Numbered from the whole stretch's first letter, positions 25,101-36,294 are shown. The stretch: DNA of 61,452 nt, filler included, from Sphacelaria rigidula (GCA_964200075.2; 9 parts of 9 records of this genome joined end to end with filler, not necessarily neighbours in it), one strand, 5' to 3'. Numbers and translations are program-made. The notes: generated from the sequence alone by a model not told the origin.

Positions 25101-26442
25101 GGAGGCAGGGCAGTGTGGTGCTGTCTGGCTAGACCATCTCATAGAGATTCTACAGTGGTGCCTGTTCATCCCACTTGCGTTTTGCAGCAAAATATAGAAG
25201 CCGGGCCGTTCTTACAGGCGCCTACTTCGCCACACTCGATGAAATACATGTCTTCAGAAGGCGGAACATAATAAGAAATTGAGAGCAGTAGGGGATCAAA
25301 ACCGTCGGACCTGCACTGAAACACCACTTGTAATAACTCATGTTGTGCGTCACGAAAGACACGTCCCTCATATAGACTGCCTCGACAAATTCAACATGCT
25401 GCTGCCACATCGATCTATCAGCTCTGACACTAAATCCACCGTAACCTTCGGGGGCCAGGTACTCAGCTACAGTATCCTTTTGTATATGATAATTCGAGGT
25501 GGCATGCAACCTATTTCGATATTCCACTTCAGTATCCAATGATAATACGTTCCCCAGCGAATGGCCCTATATTTTCCACAAGATATACCGCAGTAAACGC
25601 TTTTTTTTATATTTGCTTCCATCTCATCGACCATTGAGGTGTCATAGTTTGCTGCGCAAGCGAACACCGAACATAGGAACCAGACGGTACAATCTTCATT
25701 CTCAGCACTGGACACGTCAATCACGAACGGCGTGCGTGTGCAGTAGAAGAGCGAGTGTATTATCATATAGATTGATTGCCTTGTGTCCAGGGCGCTTCCA
25801 ATCTCAATTTATTTCGGTGTTCGTGATGTTGCCGTTTCGGAATTCGACGGTGAAACCGGAGTGGTCTCGGCTGGGCCCTTCTCCTCTAAAGTGAAAAGGT
25901 CTGCCCGTAACTTATCTTGTAATTCACATGTGGTATCTATATTCCACGATTCGGACGAATCATTGCCGGTTTGAATCACCAAACCCACGAGTTTTTACGC
26001 CTGATTACTCGAAAGAGAGAGACAAGTCGACCGCTGGTCAAACAGGTCTCCACGCAACCTTTGCGCTATTCCACGGGCCTGGGCTACGCGTACCTCGGTT
26101 GCAACGCTGAAAACAAAGCCTAATGACTGACTCATACGGTACGAATCACTTACATTAAAATCGAATCATTTCCGGACGCATCTCGATTCGTGACTTTCTA
26201 TCTTCGTACGGTAGGTAGTGGAGGGACTGGTGGACTCGTGTCAGTACCAAAACGCCCAGGTATTTATCATAAGTTGAATGTTTCGTCTTGTGTCTCGTTC
26301 GAATCGCGTGTTTCATACTGCCTGTACTGTAGTATGGTTGCATCCTTGCATTCCTTGACAAAAACTACGCTTCCCGCGCCTCCTACACAGTTCATGAGAA
26401 CCAGAGCATGTCGGTGGCCCATATATATTGCATACCCGCTTT

Positions 26443-27036
26443 CAAGGGTAGGTCGAGTAGAATATGTACTTCAAAGTACTCGAGTAAAACACCCAAGTAT
26501 TTACTCTACTCGACGTTTGAGTAGGTCGAGTACGGCCTCAAATACTCTACTCAATTTTTGAGTAGGTCGAGTACGATCTCAAATACTCTACTCAATTCTT
26601 GAGTAAGCACTCTCAGCAATCCTTGATTATAGAGTATCGTTTGAGTATGACCTCAATACTCTGCTCAATTTTTGATTAGGTCGAGTACGGCCTCAAATAC
26701 TCTACTCAATTTTTGAGTGGGTCGAGTACGGCCTCTAATACTCTACTCAAATTTCGAGTAGGTCAAGTACGACCTCAAATACTCTACTCAAATATTGAGT
26801 AAGCACTCTCAGTAATACTTGAATATAGAGTATCGTTTGAGTATGACCTCAATACTCTGCTCAAATTTTGATAAGGTCGAGAGCGGCCTCAAATACTCTT
26901 CTCAGTTTTTGAGTGTGTCGAGTACGGCCTCCAACACTCTACTCAAATTTCGAGTAGATCGAGTAGGACCTCAAACACTCTACTCAAATAATGAGTAAGC
27001 ACTCTCAGTAATACTTGAGTATAGACAATCCCTTGA
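26443..27036. repeat. Minisatellite of ~39-bp self-complementary units with a 196-bp higher-order period
   Basis: Unit TTGAGTAGGTCGAGTACGGCCTCAAATACTCTACTCAA. The variant block GAGTAAGCACTCTCAG recurs at 26601, 26797 and 26993. Confidence 0.92.
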
Positions 27037-28397
27037 GTATGGTGAGTATCCCTGATAGTCGGCGACTTCGTGACGTCACTTCACAGACTATGTTGAATAC
27101 ATGGGCGAACGATGGCCATCAACTAGATGGGTGCGGTTACATCATAGCCAACAAGGAGTATGGGCGAATGATGTACATACAAAAAGAAAACGTGCAGGGC
27201 CCTTCGACAATACCTCAACATCCATCCTACCCTAGTTTTGTTTCGTTTGGTTCTGATNNNNNNNNNNNNNNNNNNNNNNNNNNNNNNNNNNNNNNNNNNN
27301 NTTAATTAATTAANNNNNNNNNNNNNNNNNNNNNNNNNNNNNNNNNNNNNNNNNNNNCCCGATTTTTTCAAAATCAGGGTCCAAAAAAATCGGGATTCGT
27401 TTGCCAAAAAAGTGGGTCTGAGGCATCACCCTAAATTTCGCCTGACCCCAGATTTTTCGCCTGCGGCGGGCCTTCATTCATTTGCCTTAGAAGTCAGGGT
27501 CTAATGCTGACGCCTTAGAATGACGAACGGCCGAGTGATGAAAGAACAGGGGAAGTTCTACCAGTATCTTCATCACCTGACCGCTGTTACTGAATATGCA
27601 AGTTAGGTTTAAACCAAACCTTCGGCCGCCTCGGCCAGCGGAAATGTAAACTTGGCCTGAAACGGCCTCAACGAGTAGAACAAATCATTTCAAGGCGTCA
27701 ACATCCGCCTACCAATGGACCTCAGCAGCGAATAAAGAGGAGGGAATGCCGTGGCACGCGGAAGTGCTGCAGGAAGCGAAGAGGTTCATGACCTCATGGC
27801 ACAGAAATGAAGAGGAGGCCAGCCGACTACATGCGAATAGACGGGAGACCAACGAAATTAAACCGGTTTGACCGAAAAAAAACTCCAGAATTTAAGAAAA
27901 TCAGAACCGGAACCGGTAGAGGGCCGTCAAGTATCTGGGTTCCGACCGGTTCTTTCAACGGTATCCATCTTCTCGCTAGGCTCTTGCTGCTTGTGTCGTC
28001 GTCAGAAACAAATTCTTCGGCAGTACACGGACAAAAGGAAAGCCCATGCGACCATGTCATCAACGCACACAGCTGGTAACATTCGATCATTGGACAATGA
28101 AACATCTACCGTTACTGTCACGAGATTAGTTCACCCTCCGGTACAGCAGTCACGCGCACGGTCGGCACCACACGCATTGTTCAAATACATTCAACGCACC
28201 CCCTCTTTCGACAAGTCGAACACGATGTTCAGTGAAACCCCCGCAGGCCCCCGCACCGGCGATGAGCGGTACTTGAACGTCACCTCATTCAGAGCCTCGT
28301 GCTTTCGGTTATGGCAGCCGCAAGTCCATCTTCGCATGCCTCGGGCAGACCAGATCTTGTATGTATACATATCGAGGCGCATTTTCACCTTGCTGGT

Positions 28398-28422
28398 GGG
28401 TGGTGTTGAGTAAACACCAGGG
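28398..28422 (-). promoter_or_regulatory. Histone mRNA 3' stem-loop (H2B)
   Basis: CCCT-GGTGTT-TACTC-AACACC-ACCC on the minus strand, 58 nt after the stop codon; identical to the H2A copy. Confidence 0.85.
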
Positions 28423-28480
28423 TTGTGCAAGGAGAACTGCGGGGAATTGTGTCAGACCACGACCCCCTACAGATGATGAT

Positions 28481-28831
28481 CTAGGATGAAGTGAACTTGG
28501 TCACGGCTTTCGTGCCCTCGGACACGGCGTGCTTCGCCAACTCTCCGGGGAGCATCAGGCGTACGGCCGTCTGCACCTCGCGAGAGGACAAGGTGGACTT
28601 CTTGTTGTAGCGAGTCAGCTTGCCGGACTCGCCCGCCACGCGCTCGAACACATCGTTGATGAACGAGTTCATGATGGACATGCCGCGCTTAGAGATACCC
28701 GTGTCGGGGTGCACCTGCTTGAGCACCTTGTAGATGTACGACGAGTACGACTCCACTTTCTTGGCCTTCTTCTTCTTGTCTCCGGCCTTCTTGGGGGCCT
28801 TGGCAGACTTCTTCGACGGTGTCTTGGCCAT
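28481..28831 (-). CDS. H2B: Histone H2B (116 aa, intronless)
   Basis: [15 protein letters not shown]...[40 protein letters not shown]...[23 protein letters not shown]. The true start is the ATG at 28831; the 38-aa upstream extension in the ORF track is not histone-like. Confidence 0.98.
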   Translation of the reverse strand: MAKTPSKKSAKAPKKAGDKKKKAKKVESYSSYIYKVLKQVHPDTGISKRGMSIMNSFINDVFERVAGESGKLTRYNKKSTLSSREVQTAVRLMLPGELAKHAVSEGTKAVTKFTSS

Positions 28832-29204
28832 CTTTACTCTTTGTTGTGTATGGTCTGAAGTTGGGTACGAAGGGATGTGGATGAGGTGGGGTGTGGTGTT
28901 CCCGAGGTTCGGAGGTCGCTCTGCTGTGCTGCAAGTTGAGTTCAAAATTCAAAATTGGTAGTGGAGGAGGCATGTTCGTTCAATGTTCCCGTTCGCACCT
29001 CACATTGGTGTGGGCCAATCAGCGATGTTACAGCCGTTGCAATAGGGGTGCTCTCGAACCTTTGTAAATTTGAATTTGAGACAGACAGACCGATCGCACC
29101 GTTGTTTTGCTCTTGTGACCTCCCTCCAGCCCACACTTCACACTCCCATCTACCACCACAACACACATCTTCAACATCTGTGAAGTCCATCAGCAATATC
29201 AATC
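28832..29204. promoter_or_regulatory. Bidirectional H2B/H2A promoter and 5' UTRs
   Basis: 373 bp between divergent ATGs. Back-to-back CCAAT boxes (ATTGG 29004-29008, CCAAT 29015-29019). Tandem TTTGA(A/G) motifs on each gene's own strand (28941-28953 minus, 29069-29080 plus). Confidence 0.8.
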
Positions 29205-29582
29205 ATGTCTGGCAAGGGAAAGGGCGGACGTGGTGAGGGCAAGAAGTCGGTGACCAGGTCTGCCAAGGCGGGCCTGCAGTTCCCCGTTGGCCGTATCGGC
29301 CGTTTCCTCAAGAGGGGCAAGTACGCGTCTCGTGTGGGCGCCGGTGCCCCGGTGTACCTGGCTGCTGTGCTGGAGTACCTGACCGCCGAGGTGCTGGAGC
29401 TGGCTGGCAATGCTGCTCGCGACAACAAGAAGGCCCGTATCGTGCCCCGCCACATCCAGCTGGCTGTGCGCAACGACGAGGAGCTGAACAAGCTGCTCGG
29501 CGAGGTGACGATCGCTTCTGGTGGCGTGCTGCCGAACATTCACGCTGTCCTCCTGCCCAAGAAGGTGGTGAAGAAAGACTGA
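29205..29582 (+). CDS. H2A: Histone H2A (125 aa, intronless, canonical type)
   Basis: MSGKGKGGR...[18 protein letters not shown]...[54 protein letters not shown]...[15 protein letters not shown]. No SQ(E/D)phi H2A.X tail. Confidence 0.98.
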   Translation: MSGKGKGGRGEGKKSVTRSAKAGLQFPVGRIGRFLKRGKYASRVGAGAPVYLAAVLEYLTAEVLELAGNAARDNKKARIVPRHIQLAVRNDEELNKLLGEVTIASGGVLPNIHAVLLPKKVVKKD

Positions 29583-29660
29583 GCTTCCCCGGATTCAACG
29601 TGTAAAGTCTCGACTCTGGCAGACCACCTGTGCCCGCCGCAAGGTGGAGCCAAAGCAAAC

Positions 29661-29685
29661 CCCTGGTGTTTACTCAACACCACCC
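29661..29685 (+). promoter_or_regulatory. Histone mRNA 3' stem-loop (H2A)
   Basis: CCCT-GGTGTT-TACTC-AACACC-ACCC, 78 nt after the stop codon. The rest of the two 3' UTRs is not alignable. Confidence 0.85.
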
Positions 29686-30377
29686 TTGCAGAAAAGAAAC
29701 GATGTGACTCGTATTGACCGCCATGCGCACAGCACAGATGCGCACCTCGACATCGTACACTAGACTGACAGGAATGACAGCATCCGACGAGTCACTGGAC
29801 GAACTGCGACACCAGGACTGCACGCCCGACTTTATAACTTTCGAGGACGTGACCGTGGACAAGATGCGCGATGTGAGACCAGTTTTCATCTCTTCTGCGA
29901 AGTCACTCTTCTCAACCCCGTAATCCCCATGCAGAGTAGGCGATGTGTTAGGACTGGGACGCCGTTATTTTTCACTGTTGGGGAAAGCCTAGCCACGTGG
30001 GTAGAGGAAAGGTTGCATGATTTTGTACATCGAAGGTTACTTTTATGAAGGAGTGGGTGTCGCTCGGTACAAGACAAAATAGAACACCCGAGGAATCGGT
30101 CGAATTTGTCGTACCTTCCGTAGTATTCACGTACGGTAATGCGGTGAAGTCCGGTCCCGAATTAGGGGACGGTACCCCAAGTGCAGTACAGTGTGGACAT
30201 TGGACTTTTGCTTCACATGCGCAATTTTTCAGTGCGCACTCTTCATTTTGTCCATTTTCGAAAGTGAAAATTGTGCGCCAACTTATGCGTATGTTGGTGA
30301 AGTATGCGCGACTTGGCCCAACTCTAATGGGAGCTCTTCAAAATTACCCCAAAAATTGGCTTTTGGACCCTTCTCTG

Positions 30378-30722
30378 TCGATTTACGCCCGGAAATAGGG
30401 CTAGGCGGATGTTGACGCCTAGAAGTGACTTGCTCCACTCGTTGAGGCTGTTCTAGGGCAACTTTGCATTTCCCCTGGCCGCACTTTCGTGTCTGGCTAA
30501 ATGAGGCCAAACACGGATTTTCAGCAGGAACGGTCAGGTGGTCAAAATTTCCCCTTGATTTTTGATCGCTTGACCGTTGTTTGTTGAAATCCGTGTTTGG
30601 CCAAAAATGTGAGTGCGGCCAGCGGGAAATACAAAGTTGACCTGGAAAGGCCTCAATGAGTAGAGGAAGTCATTCCAAGGCGTCAACATCCGCCTACCCC
30701 TCTTTTCAGGCGTAGAACGACG
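30378..30722. repeat. Foldback element; one arm also at ~27632-27713
   Basis: TAGGCGGATGTTGACGCCT (30402-30420) mirrors AGGCGTCAACATCCGCCTA (30678-30696), with arms of about 100 bp. Confidence 0.75.
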
Positions 30723-30850
30723 AAGTAGGGCCAAAATGGCAGTCTTGCACAATGTCGAACGGCTCCCACTAGAGTCGTTCTTACGCGCCTTTTTCGCGTA
30801 GTTCCTGAGGTGGTTCCTGTCGACAATGCTCATGGAACATACCTTCCAGG

Positions 30851-31179
30851 TGTCGGGATTAATCTGTGTGTAGTACCCTGAACGTATCCCAGGGCAAGCG
30901 CCACAGCTGCTCAGCTGATCGGGGGAATGATGTAAACACGAAATACGCAGCTGAAATTATTGACGGTTCCCGAGAACGTGGAGAGAAGAGTAAACAAGGA
31001 GGTGACAATCTACAGATCTACAGTACCATTACCCTGACGGTTACAACAAGTTGGAACCGTAACCAATCACACCGACTATTCTGTGTCTCAACAGTCCTTA
31101 TGTCAGGCTGCAACCATGATGACGCCGTAACGCTCTTGAACGTTGACTACTAAACGATTAGACATACCATTTTTTGACA
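30851..31179 (-). repeat. Candidate 3' LTR of the copia element
   Basis: On the minus strand a short purine run (TTGAGGAG, 31180-31187) precedes TGTC..., and the segment ends ...GACA at 30851. No second LTR is present in the contig to confirm it. Confidence 0.35.
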
Positions 31180-32063
31180 CTCCTCAACGGAAATAGCATC
31201 TTGAAAATATCCTTCTCTATCAGGATCATCTTCAATTCATAACGTCAGTATAATGTTGAAAGGTTAACGAACAGTATACTCCAATTGAACACGACAAACC
31301 TTAACTAACTAATTCAAAAAAATCTATAGATGGCAAACACATACATGCAAACTTCAAACTAGTGGCTACTGCTACGATAAGCTATATATTCCTTGCTTAA
31401 ACTAGTGACACTACTGCCACGGTAAGTTATCCACTCCGTGTCAGTCGTGCTTTCGTCGTCATTGTCTTGGTCTTGATTGCTTGAACAGTCACATCGGTAT
31501 TGGTACAGTCAGAACCTGAGTAATTTTATTTAACAAACAACACGCAAAAGTTACACATGAAGACAGAGGGATTGCCCCCCCCCTTTCAAGCCTTTTGTCA
31601 GTTGCTAAAGTTCTTGATGAGATTCATAAGAAAACGGAACCTCTGAGTTGAAAGTAACTTTGTTCCGATATCAGCTATTTGATTCTCTGTTTCAATGTAA
31701 TGAGTTGTGATCTTCCCCGATTCCACCAACTCCCTCATGAAGAAAAAACGCAAGGCGACGTGTTTCGTCCTTCCGCTGAAAATACGGTTGGCAATCACTT
31801 GAAGAGTTGCCGTGTTGTCTAGGTAGACAGCTACAGTGTTGAACGATGATCCACATCGCATCTCAATAATCATATTCGAGCAGTAGACCGCCTCCTTGAT
31901 GGCGAGTGCTCCGGCAACCCGTTTCACTTCCATCGTTGATTGTGCAATAAGTCCCTGCAGCCCGACTTGGAAGCTAACCGGGGCTTTCCGCCAGCATGCA
32001 TCGAATCATAGCAGCCAGCGTCCCTCCATCGCGTTCGGAAATCCCAATCTGCTGAGGCGTGGT

Positions 32064-32307
32064 GTTGTTGTCTTCACATTAAAAACCGTTCCGATATCTA
32101 CGCGGTACATTCGTACTGGGCATCTGATGCGGACGCCTTCCGTGGTCACAGGCTAGAAAAAAAACAAAATATACAATAACAAAATAGACCCAGATTCAAA
32201 ACGCACAAAACGCGATACAAGCAAAGCACGAATAAATAATAAAGAAGGGGAGTACATGTGGCTAACCTCAGAAGATCCGGTGCCGCAGGTGGCCATTCGG
32301 ACTTCAG
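32064..32307 (-). mobile_element. 5'-truncated non-LTR 3' end inserted into the copia integrase
   Basis: Interrupts ...ESAAT / TTPQQIG... T-rich body, a GTGACCACGG motif shared with other LINE 3' ends in the window, and a short (CAA)n-like tail. Confidence 0.6.
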
Positions 32308-35300
32308 GGTGGCAGCAGACTCAATGCGAAGTCCAGAGTTCAAACAGTATGTGTGAAACCCGTTTCCTGTGTACTCTCCTCCGTTGTCAGCACGAAGTCG
32401 CTTGACACGGGCTCCACGTGGGATCACTTCCGTTTGGATGAAAGTCTGGAATGTCTTCAGAGCATCGCCCTTTGACTATGTGAGATACACGTACTTCGAT
32501 CGCGTCAGAAAGTCCGTCAACTTGCTCATGTATTTAAATCCCTCAATTGCTTCTGGAGTAATCGGTGCCATCATATCACCAATTATTAGTTCGTACTGAC
32601 GAGATACTTTGTAGACGGCAGTCTCGGGGTGAGCCTGTTGTTTCCTTTTGCTCAACGCACACATATCGCACGGAGAAAGATTACCCGTGAAAATCACCCC
32701 ACTCCCGTCTATGCCTCGTATTGTGTGAAGTGTCTTGCTAGACACGTGTCCGAGGCGCCGGTGCCACAATTCTGCGTTCGCTGTTGTTAACATCGCCACT
32801 GTATTTGCTGTTTCCCCTTCGGCTGAAGCCACCTGCTTCCCTGTACCCGCGCCGGCCGCACGATCCACGCGTATGATGAATGTGTATAAACCGTGGTCAT
32901 GGAGTGACTGTTTCAGGGGTAGTTGGAAAGACGCGACTTCCAAGCGTGGATTCGCCGGGTCGAACACGACGTTGATTCTTCTTGTGACAGCGTTCTTGAC
33001 AGAGAACAAGTGGCCCCCAGACCTGGAACTACCTAAGATGGGAGAGATACTTCGTGAGAGACTCCATGTTGGTCTGTAACCTTTCCTAGGACCGTAACTG
33101 AAGCTGTAGCATTCAACACATGTCCCCCGGCCGCAGTTATTTGGAAGGGATTGGGTAAAATCGTGTAGTCGGGGAAACTCTCCAGTAAGCCAGGATTCAA
33201 AGAGTTGTCGGTTGTCCCGCTGTCGACCAGTAGGGAGAGTAGAGTGTCAAAAGCCAGCAAAGCTACACCCATAGTGGGATGTATCGTTCTACATTCCGTG
33301 GCTTCCCCGATCGCTACATATATCCGACCGTCCCCGGCGGGTGGCACTCCAGGCTGAATCGGTCTCCCAGCAGCTGGGTATCCGGTTGCTGTAGCACCAG
33401 CCGTTGGTTGCGGCTGGTGTGCGGGTGCACCGATGACTGCGTTAGAAGGGTACGCCGCCATGTGCGCGTAGTGCGCCACACCAGCAGCAGCATTCTCTTT
33501 TTGAATGCGGCAGTCAGCATCGTTATGAGTTTTGGAACAATGATGAGAACACCACTTCGCCGTTTTTTCGTTACCGTTGGTATTATTGGTGCCTGACTTA
33601 CCCCCTTTTTTCTTCTTCTCTCTACACTGCAATGTAGAACGCCAGTATCTAAATGTGGCAATGTCATCCCTGTCAAAGACATCCAGCAGGCGCATTGCCT
33701 GTGTAGCACCTTTCTTCGCCTCGGTCATGTTTGCTTTCGGGACGTAAAATTTGTGCCCAAAGAAGCGCACTTCGGTCAGTGTGCTGACCACGTCACAACT
33801 CGTACAGTATAGACGAGCTGTCAACACCTGCTAGAAATAGCCAGGTGTACTGCACTAGAATCCGCAAACACGAAAAGTCAATGTGATGCTCCAGTGATGA
33901 AACCGCACGCCGTTCAGTGTGCGAACTCAACACACCACTCGTGCTGTATAGACGAGCTGACGTTGGTCTGTGCTTACCCAAAGCACTACTCGTACTGTAT
34001 AGACGACATGTAAACACCTGCAAACCAGCTTGAACAGTGTTTTCGTGAGATTGAGAGTAGATGATACGATTGAGAGTGAAAAGCGGTCAATCAGTGNNNN
34101 NNNNNNNNNNNNNNNNNNNNNNNNNNNNNNNNNNNNNNNNTTAATTAATTAANNNNNNNNNNNNNNNNNNNNNNNNNNNNNNNNNNNNNNNNNNNNCACC
34201 CAAGACACCCTACTTGCAAGCAGTGCAAACAGTACAGATCATGTACCGTTTCACGAATTTCACTGTCTTTTTTCGATCGAAAGCTTGAAAATCCATCCGG
34301 ACCCAACTGCATCAACACGATAATCTTTCGCTCGGATCGATTCTACCGCCTCATTTTTTCGATCGAAAAGAAAAGTGCGAAGGGCCTGTCAGAAAATGAC
34401 AGAAGCAGTTGCTGTAGTTTTCCTTCATCAAAATCAATTAGATATTTTTCCGTGGTGTGCTCCCACGTGAAGATATTTACCTTTCTCTGGCAGGCGCGTG
34501 ATCGCCCTTGTGGAGATTTTTCACTTGGTTTCAGAGTAGGACGGAGTGCGAGTTGTAATTTGATTTTCCTTCACGAATGGATCGCGGGTATTCTAGCCCA
34601 GTAGAGGCGTGGCTCGCATCGTACAGTCAGTACTTCAGTACTCGTTGTACTGGCGCTAGGAACACATAGTGTAAACTTCGTCAGGTATTACCGTGCGCGG
34701 ATGCATATCGTGCAATAAACGCTTTCGACATTCGTAGTGATATACATCCTTTCCCATCCGGCTGTCAGCGCGCGAAAGCTGGTCCGTAGCGCCAGGTATC
34801 CGTGCTGATGTGGAGACCTCTCTTCCGAGGACGTCTGCCCCTCTAGTCTCACCGTATGTCCGGCCTTAGAGTATGGCCGTCTCCAATTGACGCCGTGGAT
34901 GATGAATTTCAATTTCAATCCAATGCCTCCATAATAGAAATCATATAAAATAAATAAATTAATTAGTTATTGTTTGGGGATGGAATGGTTGGTTGGTCGG
35001 TTGGTTGGTCGGTTGGTTGGTCGGTTGGTTGGTTGGTTTTGTATTTTATTTTTTGGAGAAAGGAAGGACAAATATCTATAATATATATATTCAAAACTTA
35101 TTAATTAATTAATAAACCCAAGACTGTTTGAAGATGGATGGTAAGATGGTAGGATGGTAGGATGGTAGGATGGTTGGTTGGGATTGAATTTCATTTTTCG
35201 GACAAGGGAAAGACAATAGAGAGACAATATATTGTAATATTGAAGAGGAACAACACTGAATGAGCACGTTCTTCCGGTTCGGGTGGACGACATTCGACTA

Positions 35301-35828
35301 ATTCGCTGTCTACCCCCACGACTCATTTCGGCCGTGGGAATCAACCATATATTACATGGGTACAAATAGCTTGTTCTGTATTCAGCTCGTGGTCTACGCC
35401 ACCTGCCTGACCCCTCATGTGCTGCCAGCATCTCGTAGCTTCACACTGTCTGTAGTGTTGTTGTTGAGCACTAAGCAGATGCATCCGCAGCATGCAGTAA
35501 ATTGTGTTCGGTTGAGAACGATGACACATTTATACTGTCTCTTGTCATCGTATCTAGTGAATACGTACAGCACACATACATACCGGCTCTGCACGCAATT
35601 GACTGCAGGGTCAAAATATGACAAATATCCGCATGTTCATGAGGAAGGCGTTTTGTGCCGTGACAAAGGAATTATTCTGAATCCAAAAAGTGGCATAGTC
35701 CAAACCGGTCCACCTGCGGGGGGGTCGCTGTCGAAGGGTTAAGTGATGCCGGTTCAAGAGATCACCCATCTTGGTGAAGAAAATTGTGAAACAGTACAGT
35801 AAAAACTAACCGTGACAAGAATAAGAAA

Positions 35829-36070
35829 CCAGTCGCCCCGGGTGGTTCAGTTGGCAACCTCGAAACCTTCTGACGGGTATGTCGTGGGTTCAAATCTCGG
35901 AGCGATCTGGGAATTTTCTTCACACAGTGCCCAGCAATGAAGAGCGACTATGTCGTGGGTACACAAAATTCGACGTAACGGTCAACGAGGAAAGGGTGTG
36001 CCGAACCCCTCTCGCGATAGGAAAAAAAAAAAATGGCAAGCCGCAGAAGAAAGGTAGAGCATTGAAGAAT
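35829..36070 (+). mobile_element. Full-length tRNA-derived SINE with 10-bp TSD; other copies at ~930-1115(+, headless), 6841-6913(-), ~7590-7772(-), ~18343-18530(+), ~48102-48198(-)
   Basis: Pol III A box (GGTGGTTCAGTTGG) and B box (GGTTCAAATC), followed by a conserved non-tRNA body. GAATAAGAAA is duplicated at 35819-35828 and 36071-36080. Copies occur on five contigs. Confidence 0.8.
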
Positions 36071-36294
36071 GAATAAGAAATAAGAACACCCTGTGCTGTG
36101 TCTGGCCTTCCTCCTGTGTGACCCCGGTTGGTACGCCTGTATATACCGGACGGTGTAGACCACCGTCCAGAATAGATGGCATGACAATGCAACACAAAAC
36201 ACACAACAACCACGCTCACTAAAATACATGAGCACCTGTGTTCAGCGAACCCTGTAAATTAGAGCAGAAAAAAAAATCTCGACAAAATTGAGTA

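Larger units (their letters stand above)
30851..33830 (-). mobile_element. Defective Ty1/copia LTR retrotransposon (gag knuckle, protease, GAG-pre-integrase, integrase core, RNase H; RT deleted)
   Basis: WCSHHCSKTHNDADC knuckle; LLVDSGTTD protease; LWHRRLGH...CDMC; RLRADNGGEY and TPQQIGISERDG integrase; STMEV...LDNTAT...RTKHVALRFFFMRELV...NQIADIGTK RNase H (31598-31990). Frameshifted, with copia domain order. Outer boundaries approximate. Confidence 0.9.

Noticed and set aside
22300..26400. Endogenous virus or novel gene cluster
   Set aside because: Only short stop-riddled ORFs. The few motif hints (e.g. EYLAPEGYGG near 25450, minus strand) look like eroded copia RT, and I recognise no viral hallmark gene. 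BLASTX/HMM searches would be needed to say more.
26443..27036. CRISPR array
   Set aside because: The palindromic repeats abut one another with no unique spacers, no cas genes are present and the context is eukaryotic.
28832..28945. 38-aa N-terminal extension on H2B
   Set aside because: It starts at a non-ATG codon, overlaps the promoter and 5' UTR, and the canonical MAKTP start follows.
28529..29658. Antisense and alternate-frame ORFs over the histone genes
   Set aside because: Shadow ORFs caused by GC-rich codon bias.
27632..30697. Direct repeats flanking the histone pair as a composite transposon carrying histones
   Set aside because: The right copy is one arm of a self-contained foldback and the left is a diverged partial copy. 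There is no TSD or matched outer termini.
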